Positions 47,590-61,603 of a DNA stretch of 64,000 nt are shown piece by piece. A program made the position numbers and the translations under genes. The DNA comes from Patescibacteria group bacterium (GTDB lineage: Bacteria > Patescibacteriota > Gracilibacteria > BD1-5 > UBA6164), in assembly GCA_047637875.1 (NCBI GenBank), contig JBLJBH010000038.1, forward strand, positions 1,969-65,968, given 5' to 3'. Numbering within the stretch: position 1 is the stretch's first letter; the number at the start of each line of letters is the position of its first letter. Below the pieces are notes generated by a model. It did not search any database. It worked only from the letters and a program-made list of their open reading frames with translations, and was not told where the DNA came from.

Positions 47590-50457
47590 ATGAAAAAAAT
47601 TTTGAGTTTTTTTATTATATTTTGTTTGTTTTTTAATAATTTTTTAGTATTTTCTCAAGAAAATTTTAAAGAAAATTATTTGTATTATTTAGATACGGAC
47701 AATAATTGAAAAATTGATAAACTTGAAATAGAGTTTAATAAAATTTTGACTTGAAGTTTAAATTTAGAAAAAATATTTTTTTATTCAAATACTTGATGAT
47801 TATCAACTTCAAAATTAGATAGTTTAGACTGAAATAATATGATTTCAAATTATTATTTATCTTGAAATATTTTGTTATTAAGTTTAATAGAGAAAGATAA
47901 TTATTTAACTTGACTCATTATAAACAATACAACTTTAAGTCATCTTAGAATTAAAACAAATGCTTGAGTTTGAATAAAAAGTATTGATAGTGAAGAAATA
48001 AAATTTTTATATACTACAAGTTTTGATAGTTATAAAAATGTTAGTTATAAGGAAAATTTACAGGAAAATACTGAGGAAGAAAATCAAGATATTGAGGAAA
48101 TTATAGAAGAAACTGAAAATGAAAATGAGGGAACTTGAAGTTGAGAAATTTTGGAAGAAATTGAAGATGAAGTTATAGATATAATAGAAGAAGAAACTGA
48201 GGTTTCAACTTGAGAAACTTTAGAAGAAAATACAAATTCTGGAGAAATATTACAAGAAGAAGATAATATTTTTCTTTATCAAATAAAACTACTTTTTCAA
48301 TCTCCAAGTTATTTACTAGAAAAAGATATAGAAACTCAAAATTATAATTGTGATAATTCAAAAACTGATTGTAAAGTAAATTTTAATTTAAACATTGATG
48401 AATGAAGTTGATTTAAAAGTATTTCAACTTCAAAATATATTTGTGAATGGGATTTTTGATTTAGTGAATTTGAAGAGGAAAAAAGTAAATGTAATCCAAA
48501 TACTATTGTTTATCCAATTTGATATTTTGAAACAAGATTTAAAGTTACAGAGAAATCAAGTTGAAAAATTTTTAAAAAAAGTTTTTTTGTAAAAAATGAG
48601 TGATTTAAAGAATCTTTAATTCCAACAAAAATAGTTTATGTTTCATCAAGTTCTTCAGTTTCAGATACTAATATTTCAAATCCTATAAATATTGAGATTC
48701 CAGAAATAATTATTCAATCATGACTTGATGAAAATAATAATTGTAAAAAAGAGGATTGTAGTGTAAATCTCATTTATAATCAAAATAATTCAAAGTTAGC
48801 GTGTTTATGGGATTTTTCTGGTGGAAGTTTTGATATTTGAGCTGACAAAAAATGTAATCCTTGATATGTAAAATATTGATTATGAGATTTTAAAGTAACT
48901 TTAAAGGTTTATCAAAAAGATAATCCGGCAAATTTTCAGGAAAGTTATCTATATTTTTCAAATAAAAAAGTTGAACAAATTTTATCAGAAATTGAGGAAA
49001 AAGAAACTACCAAAGAAGATTTAGAAGATGAAATAGATAAAGAATTATGAGAAGAAAAAATAAATATAAATACATGAGAAAATTTGCAAAATTACACTTT
49101 AAAAATCATAAAAGTTTCTCCAAATCCTATTTGAGCTGAAAATTTGGAATTTATTGAATTGCAAAATTTTTGAGATGAAGAAATTGATCTAAAAAATTGT
49201 AGTTTAGATGATATAGTTCCTGGCTGAAGTAAAGCTTTTATTTTTAAAGAAACTTTTATTTTAAAACCAAATCAAAAACAAAAATTTTATAAATTTGATA
49301 CAAAAATAAGTATAAATAATTCCTGAAAAGAAGAAGTTAATTTATTTTGTTTTGATACATTAATTGATAATTTATCTTTTGATTTTTCTATTCCAGAATG
49401 ATTTATTTTGACTAAAGAATTGAATTTAGATCAAATAAAAACTGTAAAAAAACAAAAAAATAAAAATATTTATGAAATAAATTATCTTTCTTGAGATAAA
49501 AAAATAGTTTCTTTTGATGAGAGTTTTGATGCAATAGATGATTTGATGAAAAAAGATTTATCACGTGAAGAGAAAAAACAAAAACTTTTTGAACTAGTAG
49601 AGAAATCATTTTATCAAAAAATCTCAAAACAAAAATCTTGAGTAAAAATTTATGGAACAACAATTCCAAACACAAAAATAATTTTTAAACTTGATGAGAA
49701 AATTGAGGATGATTTTAGTTTTTTGAATTTATTTTACCAAAAATCTTTTGCTTCAAATAACATATACGAAACAAAATCAGATAAATCTTGAAGTTATGAA
49801 TTTTATATAAAAGAGCCAAATATCTGAGAATTTGAACTGAAAACTTTTCTGAATTTTTGAGAAGATAATTTGTATGAATTACCTAAAAAATCTAGTTTAG
49901 AAATTGATAGTGATTATTTAGAATATATAAATTCTTCAAAAAATTCTACAAAACAAGAAAAACTTTATTTAGAGCCAAAATCAATTATAACTTTGCAGTG
50001 AAAATTAACTTCAAATAAGACTTTTAAAGATAATAAACTTGTTTGTTTTTGAGTTTTAGAATGTAGTGTAAATCTTGATTGAAGTCAGAGTTTGTGAGAA
50101 AAATTAAAATATTTTTGGGATTTTGGAAATGGAAAAACTTTTGATAAAAAAAATCCAGCCAGTTATAAATTTTGAGTTTGAAAACATATTATTTCTCTAA
50201 AAATAACTGATGGAAAAAATGAAGATATTAGTTTTTTTATAATTGAAGTTACTTGAAAAATACTCAAAGAAAAGCCAAAAAATACACAAGTTGAAAATAA
50301 AATTACCAAAAATAATAAAATAGATATAATACAAACTGCAAATGCCCAGGATATAAAAAAATACGATGTAAAAACTCACATAATTTTGAGTTTATCATTG
50401 ATTTTTATTTTTATATTGTGAGCTTTAATTTTATTAAAAAGAAAAAAAATAATTTAA
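47590..50457 (+). CDS. large surface protein with signal peptide, lamin-tail-like domain and C-terminal TM anchor
   Basis: 955 aa. MKKILSFFIIFCLFFNNFLVFSQ signal. ISPNPIGAENLEFIELQNFGDEEIDLKNCSL (LTD-like). WDFGNGKTFDKKNP (PKD-like). C-terminal ILSLSLIFIFILGALILLKRKK. Confidence 0.8.
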
Positions 50458-50458
50458 A

Positions 50459-51436
50459 ATGAAGATTTTAGCTATAGAAACAAGTTGTGATGATACATCA
50501 CTTGCCATATTTCAAGATGATAAATTGTTATCTCTTGATACAAAAAGTCAAATAAAAATTCACTCACAAACAGGTTGAGTTGTTCCAGAAGTTGCAGCAA
50601 GAGAGCACGCAAATGCTATTTTTGAAGTACTTGAAAATGTTTTAAGCTCATCAAATACTAAATTAGAAGAAATTGATTACATCGCTGTTACAAGTCATCC
50701 TTGACTTATTCCTTCTCTTTTAACTTGAATTACAATTGCTAGGACTCTTTGAAGAATATTAAATAAACCAGTTTTAGAATTAAATCATATAGAGTGACAT
50801 ATTTTTTCTAATTTTTTAGAAAGAAAAAAGGAAAATATAAATTTTCCACTTGTTTGTTTAACAGTTTCGGGTTGACATAATGATATTTATTTTATGAATT
50901 CAATGTGGAGTTTAGAAAAAATATGAAATTCGCAAGATGATGCAGCAGGGGAAAGTTATGATAAAGTTGCAAAAATGATGTGACTTGGGTATCCCTGAGG
51001 TCCAATAATTTCAAAACTTGCAAATGAGTATGAAAATAAAAATATCAAAGAATTATTTCCTAGAGTTTGGTTAAAAAAAGATGAATTTAATTTTTCATTT
51101 TCTTGACTTAAATCAGCAGTAAAAAGAGAAGTTGATAAAAGAATTATAGAAAATTCTCAGTTAACTTTAGAAGATAAAAGAGAAATCTCATATGAGTTTC
51201 AAAATGCTGTAAATGAAGTTTTAGCATATAAACTCATTTCTTGAGCCTTAGAAAGAAAAGTTAATACTATTATGCTTGCTGGAGGAGTAAGTGCAAATGA
51301 AGATTTAAAAAATAAAATTAAAATTTTAGCTTTGGAAAATAATTTAGAATTTATCCATCCAATTAAAAATTTATACTGCATGGATAATGCTGCTATGATT
51401 TGAATTTTGGCTTATTATAAAATAAAACACTGATAA
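50459..51436 (+). CDS. tsaD: tRNA N6-adenosine threonylcarbamoyltransferase
   Basis: 325 aa. ILAIETSCDDTS, GGVVPEVAAREH, LAGGVSAN. Confidence 0.92.
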
Positions 51437-51454
51437 ATCAGTGTTTTATTTTTT
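51424..51454. terminator. bidirectional terminator (tsaD and the S8 protease)
   Basis: AAAACACTGA-TAAA-TCAGTGTTTT. Confidence 0.8.
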
Positions 51455-54400
51455 CTTTTTTAATTCTTGGTTTAATTTCTTAATAGAATTTTTTAGTAAA
51501 ATAACTTGTTTATTATAATTATTTTTCAATTTAGTTGTTTTTTCTTTAGAATTATTTAATTCATATTTTGCAATTAAAAAATTATTTAAATTATTTACAA
51601 AATTTTTCTTAAAATTTTCATCTAATTTTTTATAGTTTATTATAGCTTTTGAAATTTTCTCAACTTTTTTACTTAAACCATATCAATCATATCTTACTAA
51701 AGCATATCAATTATATTCAATAACTTCTTTTTTTATTACTTTCTTTTCATTAGTTGTTATTTTATTTTCTTGAATAGTATTATTTTGAGTTGGTTGAATA
51801 TAAAAACTTCATCATCCTCCTCAACCTCCTCATCAAGATGATGAATTATTTGTAGTTTTAGGAACTTCTTGCATAAAAGCAAAATGAGAAAATTTTGTAG
51901 TTTCAAATTTACAAATAGAGTTACTTACAATACAACTTGTTAAGAATTCAAAGCTTTTTTGGTTATCTCAAGATCTATAAATTTTTAAAGTTTTTCAATT
52001 ATAAATACTTCAAATATTTAAACTTACTTCAACTTTTCATCAAGAAAAAATTAAATTATCTTTATCAGATCATATTTTAAAAGTTAAATTATTTATTCTT
52101 GTATATCAGTTTATATTTAAAGTTCAACTAGATGTAACTTTTTCTGGAGATTTAATCACTCAATCCCAGCTTCAACTTTGGGTTTTTATTTCTAATCAAT
52201 TAGTATTTATTTTTATATAATTACTATTATCTGTTTTTAAAATAATTACTCAAGTTTGAGTAAAAACTACTCAAGAACTTGTTGCATCTACTATATTTGT
52301 AGTTCAAGTTAAACTATATTCTCAAGAAATATTTGATTCTAGAAAAAATGGAGTTTTAAAACTTCAAGTATTTGATGTTAATGATTCAAATCAATTATTA
52401 ACAAAATAAGCTTTATAATAATAAGTAGTTTCAGGTAAAACTGATATCTCTAAACTTTCTGTAGTTTGTGTTCATCAAGTTAAAGTATTGTTTAAATCTC
52501 AAGTTCCATAAAGTATTACTCAAGTTCAGATAAATTCTTTAATTAAATTAAATTTTAATTTTCAAAAAGATAATTCGCTATTTACTATAGGGGATTTTCA
52601 AATACGAATAATTTCTTTTGAAACACTTCCAGTATTTCAAGCTTTATCTATAGTATTAAAAATTATATTATTTATTCAAGGTATTAAATTAATTTCTTTA
52701 GAAAAAGTTCCATTTGTATTTAAAGAAACATTTTGTGAATTTATAGTTAAAATATCATTATTTAATTCATTTACTTTCCCCGAAACTATAATAGTTCCAG
52801 AAGAAAATTTATCGTTATTTTCTATATTAATGTCTTCAAAAACTGGATTTGTTGTATCTAAAATAATACTTCCAGTTAATGTTTTTGTATTTTCATTTTC
52901 ATCAGTTATTTTTACTGAAATATTTTTTATTCAATCATCACTATTTATATTTATATCTAATGTTTCTTGAGAAATTAAACTTCAAGTTATTGATGATAAT
53001 ATATCTCAACTAATTAAATAAGTTCAAGTTTTAGTTGATGAAAAATTTATTTTTGTTATAGGGTTATTTGTGTAAGCTCAACTTAAAAAATTTAATTCTC
53101 AATCTGGATTTAAATCAAAATAAATGTTTTGAGAAGAAATTAATCATCAAGTACTATTATTTAATAATTGTGTATAAACTCAGAAGTTATAAAATCAAGT
53201 TTTATTTATATTTACTCAAGTTAAGAATTTATTTTGAGTATTTTCAGTAAGTAAAGTTTCTCAACTTCAATTTTTTACATTTAAAATATATCAACTAAAA
53301 ATATATGGATTTGTATCATCTGACCATTCAATATAAGGTGTAGAAGTTTTTGATAAAGTTGTTATTTCTTGTTGTTTAGTATTATCAGTATAAATTTTTA
53401 TATTATTTATATTTTCTACTTTAGCTAAATTTTGTAGAGTAGAATGTACATTAATTTTTTTTCAGGTGATTGTTTTTCAGTTTAAAGAAGTCATATCATC
53501 TCAAGAATTTAAAATAGCATTTTTTATATCTAAATAATTCAAATCTTGTCTATAATTCCAAGCTAAACTTGCTAATCAAGTAACATGAGGAGTTGCCATA
53601 GATGTTCAATTTGAAAATTGATATAAATGATTTCTCATATAATACATATAAATATTAGGGCTTACATTACATCATTCTGCTACATTTAAATCATTTCATG
53701 ATACCCAATTAAATCTAAATTTAAAATTTGATGTTTTGTATTCATCAGTTATTTCGAAACTATCAACTTTAAAACTATCTCAATTTCCATTATATCTAGT
53801 TATTTCTTCATACGTATTTCCTCAATCCTTTGAAAAAAGAAGTCTTAAATAATCGGCTCAATTATTATTTGTAGGTAATTTACATTCTGTAAGATATTTT
53901 ATATAAAGTTTATTTCAAAGAGGTAATGATGATAAGTCAAAATTTATAGAGTCAACTTTAAAATTACTATTTTGAGCATATGGATTATTCATATCTGGGT
54001 AAATATCATAATATACTCAAGGCCGTAAAGTATCACCTATTCACCAATTTCAAACAGCTCAAGTCAAATAATCTGGTAATACTAATCAAGTAGATGAATA
54101 AGAGTATAAACTTCAATCTAAAATATCAACTCAAGAATTATCTATATAAGTTGATAAAATATCACTTCATGGAGCTCAAATATGTACGCTTCCACTTCAA
54201 TAATCTGAAAAATAAGATATGCCTCAAGTATTATCTATCGATGCAACAGATATAATATTATCAAGTCAGGGAACTGATAAATTTCAACAACTAAAATCTT
54301 CTCAAAATCAAGCTGGGAAAAATCTATTTGTAGGATCTTCATGATTTTTTGTTCCATTTCAAGCAGCTGCAATAAATAATCATCAAACACTTTTAAAGTC

Positions 54401-55414
54401 ATTTATAGCATTATATAAAGAAAAATCAAAAAAAGGATTATCTCAAGGGTTACATGTTTGTCAATTTAAATAATAACCTCACCAACTAGCATTTATAATT
54501 TTAGCTTGATTATTTCTTGCAAAATTTATTGATTTAACAAGATTTGCAGTTGTTCAAGTTGCTCAAATTCATTTTATTGCCATTATTTTTGTATTTGGAT
54601 TAACTCAAACTATTCAAATATTATCTAATTCTGCAGCTATAGTTCCAGATACATGTGTTCAGTGTCAGTGAGTATCCATAGGATCTTTGTCACCATCATG
54701 AAAATCATATCAATATTTACATCCTCATAATAAGCTACCATTTTCACTTAAACAATTATTTCCATCCCATAATTTATTTTTTAAATCTAGGTGATTATAA
54801 TTTATTCAAGTATCAATAACTGCAACTATATTTCCTGTTCAAGCAGTACTTCAAGAGAAAACATTCATAGCTAAATTCCAGTCAATATCAATATTTTCAA
54901 CTCAATTAATTCAGTTAATATTTTGTCAATTATTTTCAAGTCACCATAAATTGTTATAAAACTCATCATTTGCTGAAAAGCTTTGAGTTTTGTAGATAAA
55001 ATTTGGTTGAACATATTCTATGTTAGAATCATTTTTTAATTCATTTATTAATTGTTTAGTTGTTTTATTTGACGCTCTTAACATTTGTATTTCATTATCA
55101 AGTTTTTTTGAATTAACTTCAAATCAATCTTTTTTTAAACTTGATAATTTTTTATCAAAAGATTTTTCTTTTCATTTTTTATATTTAATGATTAAATCTC
55201 ATTCAATATATGCTAAATCTTCATTATTTACCGAACTTTGGATAGAATTATCTTTATAGTCTTTTTTCAAAGAAGATAATCAATTTTTTTTATTTTCAAT
55301 TGATTTTTCTACTAAATTATTTTCTGCAAAAGAGGAGTTTATAAAAAAACTTCAACTTAAATTTATTATTAAACTAGTAATTAATAAGCTTGAATATATT
55401 TTGTTTCTATTCAT
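51446..55414 (-). CDS. secreted subtilisin-family (S8) serine protease with a long C-terminal extension
   Basis: 1322 aa. Signal-like N-terminus. VAVIDTGINYNH (Asp), HGTHVSGTIAA (His), GTSMATPHVTGLASLAW (Ser). Length divisible by 3, but not every codon was re-verified. Confidence 0.85.
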
Positions 55415-55477
55415 AAAATTAAATTAAAAAAATAATACCAATAAATGGTATCATATTTTTCTTTTTAAAGCAAAATT

Positions 55478-56083
55478 TTATTTTATAAAATTATCTATTC
55501 AAATATTATCTTTTAAGAATATATTTCATTTTTGTTTTATTATATTGAAAATAAGTTTATCATTATACTCAAGTCTTTTTTGAAAATCATCTTTTGTTAT
55601 AATAGCATATTTAATTTTTCTATTAAAAAAAGTTTTAGCTAAGAAATCATTAAAAGCAATTTTATTCATTTCTCATATTAGAAATATATCAACTATATTA
55701 TTTGTATTTCCTACAAGTCTTTTTGATAATTCTTCATTTATAATTATTAAATCAAGAAAGTCTTCTCACTTAAAAAATTTTTTAATACTTTCATAAGGAT
55801 TATACGTTTTTAGAAAAATATTTTTAAATTCTTCTAATAATAAAAAATTTTTGTTTAAATAAAAAAATTTCTTTTTTGCTTCTTCTCTGCTTTTTAAAAT
55901 ATTTAATTCTTCTAAACTATCTAGTTCTCTCTTTATAGAATTGATTTGCTCTTCCAGATCACGAGATAAAGCTCTCATATGAAATCAGTCATTATTTCAA
56001 GATTCATATTCTAAAAAAAATTTTTCTAAAAGCTTTGTTCTAGTTTTTGAACCAAATAATTTAGTTAAATCTATACTCTTCAT
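55478..56083 (-). CDS. putative wHTH transcriptional regulator
   Basis: 201 aa. N-terminus LFGSKTRTKLLEKFFLE...FHMRALSRDLEEQINSIKRELDSLEE. Confidence 0.6.
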
Positions 56084-56171
56084 ATTTTTTTAAAAATAAT
56101 ATTTTTTTAAATATATGTGTTTTATTTTAAAAATCAACTAAAGAATAAAAAAACTTACTTTAAAGTAAGTT

Positions 56172-58280
56172 TTATCAAATAGATTTTATATCTTTTAAAA
56201 TTCACATTTCTATTTCATCAGAAAATTTTATATAAAGTTTTGGAGTAATTATTTCTTTTGAGAATAAATCTTTTATAACATTTTCTTCAAGTTTTAAAAG
56301 TGATTTATCAACAAGTTTTCATTCAACAACAGATATTGCGCTTTTATTTTCTTCAAAAATCATATCTTTTTTCTCATTTGCAACTTTGTTGAATTTTTCA
56401 TATAAAGAAATAACTTCATCAAACATTTTTTTATCAAATCAAAAATCAATTTCAGATAATTTTTTAAGTTCTTTTATAACTTTTCTTGTTATAATTGCTT
56501 TTGTTCTATTTGTTACATAACTATCAACAAAAGTATGTTCTTCTTTTCCAAAAAATACAACTATTTTTTGGAAAAGATCATATTCAATTTTATCTTCAGC
56601 TATATCTTTTAATTGTGGTTTTCCTGACTCAAGTCTTTCTATTTGTCTATTTATTTTATTTAAAATATATTTAAAGTTTTTTTCTTCAATTTCATTGTAA
56701 GCAAATAAATCTCTTAAATATTGTTTTTCTATTCAAAGTGCATGAAGTGATAATGCTCTTCTAATCAGATTATTTCCATTTTCAACTCATAGAGAGTTTA
56801 TTAATTGTTTTACGCTTTCAACTGCTTTTTTAAGTTCAGTTTCATATTTATTTTTTAGATTATTTACTTCACTTATAGTTAAATAATTTTTTTGGTATAA
56901 ATTATCAAGTTTTTCAAGCATTTTAAGATATGAAAGTATTTTTCATTCTTGTTCTTCAAATTGTTCAAGTTCATGAAGTTTTGTTGTTCATAATTTTCTC
57001 ATCATAAAGCCAATAGTTGTAGCTTTTATAAAAAGTGTAAACATTATACTTCAAATAGTTATAACTGTTAAGAAATCTTTTATAGAAAAATTTAAAGTCC
57101 AGTTTGGAAGTGTTAAATTATCAGGAACCATTAAAACCATCATTAAAGCTAAAGCTCATCTTAAACTTCACCAAGATAAAAGATGTTGCCAAGAATTAGG
57201 AATATATTCTTCCATCTTGAATTTATTTATTACCCAAATTGGAGTATAAACACTTATTGCTCTTGAAATCATAACAACAAGAATTACAACAAATATTGGT
57301 AAAATAAATGAAGTAAAATCTACTTTTATGTGTGATAAAATTAGTCACATTAAAATAAAAACTAGTGAGTTAGCAATAAACGCAAAAAATTCCCAAAATT
57401 GATTCATATGTGCTTCTACTTTTGGGGAGATCTTGTATCTACCATAATTTCAAATAATTATTCAGGCAACAGAAGTAGCTATTACTCAAGATATTTTTAA
57501 ATCAAATCATCATATATGAACATGATGAGAAATAACTTCTGATAAGATAAAAGTTACGTGAGCTAAAATCATAGTTAATGTTATTTCAACCATTTCATTA
57601 TTTTTAACTTTTCATATAATTTTTGAAAATAAAACTCAAGTTAAACTTCAAAATAATATTCAACCTATCATCATTGAAGAAAATGAGCTAAATCATTCTA
57701 TATAAGTTCAAAAGTTTAAATCTCAACTTAAAATAATTCCTAAAATTACTAGAAAAAGTGCTAAAGAAGTTCAGTCATTAAATAAACTTTCTCATTCAAA
57801 AATTAGTGTTAATCTTCTAGGAGCTCATATACTTTTAAATATTGATAAAACAGCAACAGGGTCAGTAGCAGAAATAAGACTTCAGAAAAGTAAACAAACT
57901 AAAAAAGGTATACTTAGTCATAATAATGGAAATATGAAATACATTCAAATCGCTATTAAAACTGCAGAAATTAAAAGCCCAAAAATTGCAAGTCAGCTTA
58001 TAGATTTCCAGTTTTTTATAACTTGTCTATAATTCATATTATAAGCTGATTCAAACAGCAAAATTGGTAAGAATACATAAAAAAGTATATCTGGCGTTAA
58101 TTCAAAATGATTAATGAATCAGAAAAATTCTATTTTTGACAATGGAATTAATAGTAATCCAACAATTAAAAGTAAAACAGTATATGGGAAATTTATCTTT
58201 TTAGATAAAATATAAGTGAAAACACTAGTTGTTAAAAGAAAAAAAAGTGACAATGCTGCACTTAAGAAAGTTACTTCCAT
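56172..58280 (-). CDS. CPA1-family Na+/H+ (cation:proton) antiporter with a cytoplasmic C-terminal domain
   Basis: 702 aa. About 12 hydrophobic segments. LFESAYN and ATDPVAVLSIFK motifs. Confidence 0.85.
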
Positions 58281-58446
58281 GATTTTAAAATTTACAAAAT
58301 AAAATAATACAAATTTATATTATTTTTTGTAGGGAGGAGGAATAGCGTAACTTCTATATAATACAACAATTTTCATATTTTTTAATTTTAGGAAACTTGC
58401 TGATTATATTCTTTTTTTTTATGTGTCAATTTTTTGATAAAAAATC

Positions 58447-58479
58447 AAAAAACTTCCTGAAATTTTTCAGGAAGTTTTT
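58447..58479. terminator. hairpin terminator at the tyrS 3' end
   Basis: AAAACTTCCTGAAA-TT-TTTCAGGAAGTTTT, a 14-bp stem. Confidence 0.8.
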
Positions 58480-59683
58480 ATCTAACCATTTTAAATTTTT
58501 TCTTTCCAACTTGTAGAAGTGTATAGTTTTTTTTATCAAGTTTTATTATAAACTTTGGATCACTTTGTACTTCATTATTTACTTTTACTGAGTTTCCAGA
58601 AAGTGCGTTTCTTGCTTCAGAAGAATTATTACACATTCCAGATTTTACTAAAATAGTAACGATTGGTAATTCTCAAGTTTCTGACTTAATATCCATTTTC
58701 TCAATATCTTTTTCATCAGGAACAATTCATTCTTTTAAAACTCTTTCAAAATAAGCATGTGCTTCAATTGAAGCTTGTTCTCCATGATAAAGTTTTACTA
58801 TTTCTTTGGCTAAATCAATTTTTACGTTTCTTGGATTTTCTCAAGATTCAAGTCTTTTTTTATAAACTTCAATTTCATCTATATACAGATCAGTACAATG
58901 TTCAAAATATTTCATTATCAAATCGTCGTTTATTTCCATGAGTTTTACAAACATATCATTTGCTGAAAAATTAAGTCATATAAAATTTCCATATGTTTTA
59001 CTCATTTTTCTTCCATCAGTTCCTTCTATAAGGTTAAACATCATAATATCTTGTTTTTCTTGTCCTAAAGCTTCTTGTATTTTTCTTCCAGCTAATAGAT
59101 TGAAATATTGATCATTTCCTCAAAGTTCTACATCTGCTTCTAAACAATAACTATCATATCATTGCATGATTGGATATAAAAATTCTTGCAAAGAAATTCT
59201 TAATCACTCTTTAAATCTTTTTGAGAAATTGTCTCTATCAAGCATTTCTGCAACAGAAAAAAGTTTTGCAAGTTCTCCAACTCAGTTGAAATTTACTTTA
59301 TCCAACCCCTCAGAATTATAATAAATTCTTACATTATTTATATCAATAATTTTAGCAAATTGATTTACATAATTTTCCGCATTCTTTCTAGTTTCTTCTC
59401 TTTTTAACATTGGTCTTTCTGCATTTTTATCAGAAGTATCTCCAACTTGTGCTGTTGAATCTCAGATAAGAATAATGATTTCATGTCAGAGTTTTTGAAA
59501 TTCTCTTAGTTTTAATATAGGAACAGCATGTCATATATGAACTTGTGTTCCGGTTGGGTCTATTCAAAATTTTACTTTTAATTTTTTTCCTGATTTTAAT
59601 TTTTTTTCTAAACTTTCTTTATCAATAATTCTTGAAACTCATTTTTCAAGTAAATTTTTTATGATTTTGTCTTTATTTTCCAT
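58478..59683 (-). CDS. tyrS: tyrosine--tRNA ligase
   Basis: 401 aa. GIDPTGTQVHIGHAV (HIGH), KMSKTYGN (KMSKS), C-terminal S4-like domain. Confidence 0.92.
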
Positions 59684-59685
59684 TT

Positions 59686-60081
59686 TTAGTAATTATTTTT
59701 TAAATTTTGTTCTAATCTATTCATGATATCTTTATTTATAGTTTCATTTCAATTATTAATCATTTCAATTAATGTATCTTGAGATAAAACAATTGTTTCT
59801 ACATCTGAAATTGCTTTTATAGTAGCAGTTCTTTCTTCTTCATTTAACAAAGCTATTTCTCAAAAAATTTCTCAATCTCAAAGTTTTGCTACTTTTTTTC
59901 ATCATATTTCAACTTCTACTTCTCAAGATAATATAATATATCATTTTCAATTTGATTCTTCTCATTGTGATATTATTTTTTCTCAAAATGAAAATTTTTC
60001 TTTAGCTGAATTATTTACTATATAATCAATAGTTTCTTTTTCTAATCAATTAAAAATTTTAAGAGAATATATATTTTGCAT
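59686..60081 (-). CDS. cyclic-nucleotide-binding domain protein
   Basis: 131 aa. GEIFGEIALLNEEERTATIKA. Stop is 2 nt before the tyrS start. Confidence 0.75.
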
Positions 60082-60243
60082 AAATTTATTTATTAATAAA
60101 TATTTGAGTTTAATATAGTTATTTTCTAAAAATAATCAATTTTTTGTTTTAAAATAAGCTATTTATATAAAAAATTAAAATTATAATTTACATTTTTAAA
60201 ATAAAAATACAATAAAATTAAATATAAATTATAAATTATTTTT

Positions 60244-60477
60244 ATGTATAAAAATTTTATTCGCATTTCTATTATGATTTTAGCAAATTTATTTGCTTTT
60301 TTACTTTTTGCAGTTATACTCGGGGCGCTTTTTTGAAATAAAGGGCAATTTTTAATTTGGTCAGTGGTGGCTTCAGTAATACCACTTATCATTATTCTCT
60401 TTCGAGAAATCAAGAGAATACAAAAAGAATTTGATACTATTTCTAAACAAACAAAAGATGACACCAATGGAAAATAA
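60244..60477 (+). CDS. small two-TM membrane protein (AtpI/AtpZ-like position)
   Basis: 77 aa, two hydrophobic helices, overlaps the atpB start by 20 nt. The call rests on position only. Confidence 0.4.
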
Positions 60478-61267
60478 AGAAGTTCAAACCGAACAACATG
60501 CATGACCACATATTCCAAAAATTCAATGAGAAACCGTATATGGTCCAATTAGTAATACGAATATTGCCACTTTTGTATTTTTGATATTTGTAGTTATTTT
60601 TGCTTTTTTTGCCAATAGAGCATTAAAAAAAGAAACTTCAAGATTAAAAACAGCACTTTTGAATATTATATCAGGATTGGATAAAAATATGACCGATTCG
60701 TTTCATCATGATAAAAAATTTTCAAGAGCAGCGTTTCCTTTAGTAGCATGATTTTTTGTAGTGATACTTTTTGGAAATCTTTTCGGATTACTTATTGACT
60801 GGGTAGGGACTTCGATTTCTCCTACTATACTTCATTATGTAAGACCAATCAATAGTGATCTCAATACTACTTTAGTACTTGGACTGATTACTGTGGTTAC
60901 TTTTCTCGGGATCGCTATAAAATCATCTGGAGTATGAGGAGCCGCAAAATGATATTTATTTAACTTTTCAGGAAATAACTTAACGGAAAAATGTATTAAT
61001 GTATTTGTTGGATGGTTACACTTAGTGTCAGTTCCATCAACGGTAGCATCTCTTTCTCTGAGACTTTTTGGGAATATCTTTGCCGGAGTAATTCTTATCT
61101 GAGTTATTACCTATTTATGAGTTCTTATGAGTGCTTCACTTTTTGAAGTAGGAAGACTTATATCTATCCCATTTTGGTTCTTTGAAGTCTTTGTAGCATT
61201 TATCCAAGCAGCAGTATTTTACATGCTGATGATATCATACTTCAACCAAAGTAAAGAACATCATTAA
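60458..61267 (+). CDS. atpB: F0F1 ATP synthase subunit a
   Basis: 269 aa. SLSLRLFGNIFAG and the C-terminal FVAFIQAAVFYMLMISY. Confidence 0.9.
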
Positions 61268-61351
61268 AATAAAGTATATATGTGAAGTTTTGGATGAAGC
61301 AAAACTCATCCAAGATTTTCATTTATATTTTATATTTTAACATAAGAGATT

Positions 61352-61573
<222 letters not shown>

Positions 61574-61603
61574 TTTTATTTTATTTACAACAAAACAATA
61601 ATT

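Noticed and set aside
60159-60548. 129-aa minus-strand ORF across the atp promoter region.
   Set aside because: It overlaps the atpI-like gene and the atpB start on the opposite strand. It has AT-rich low-complexity sequence and no motif.
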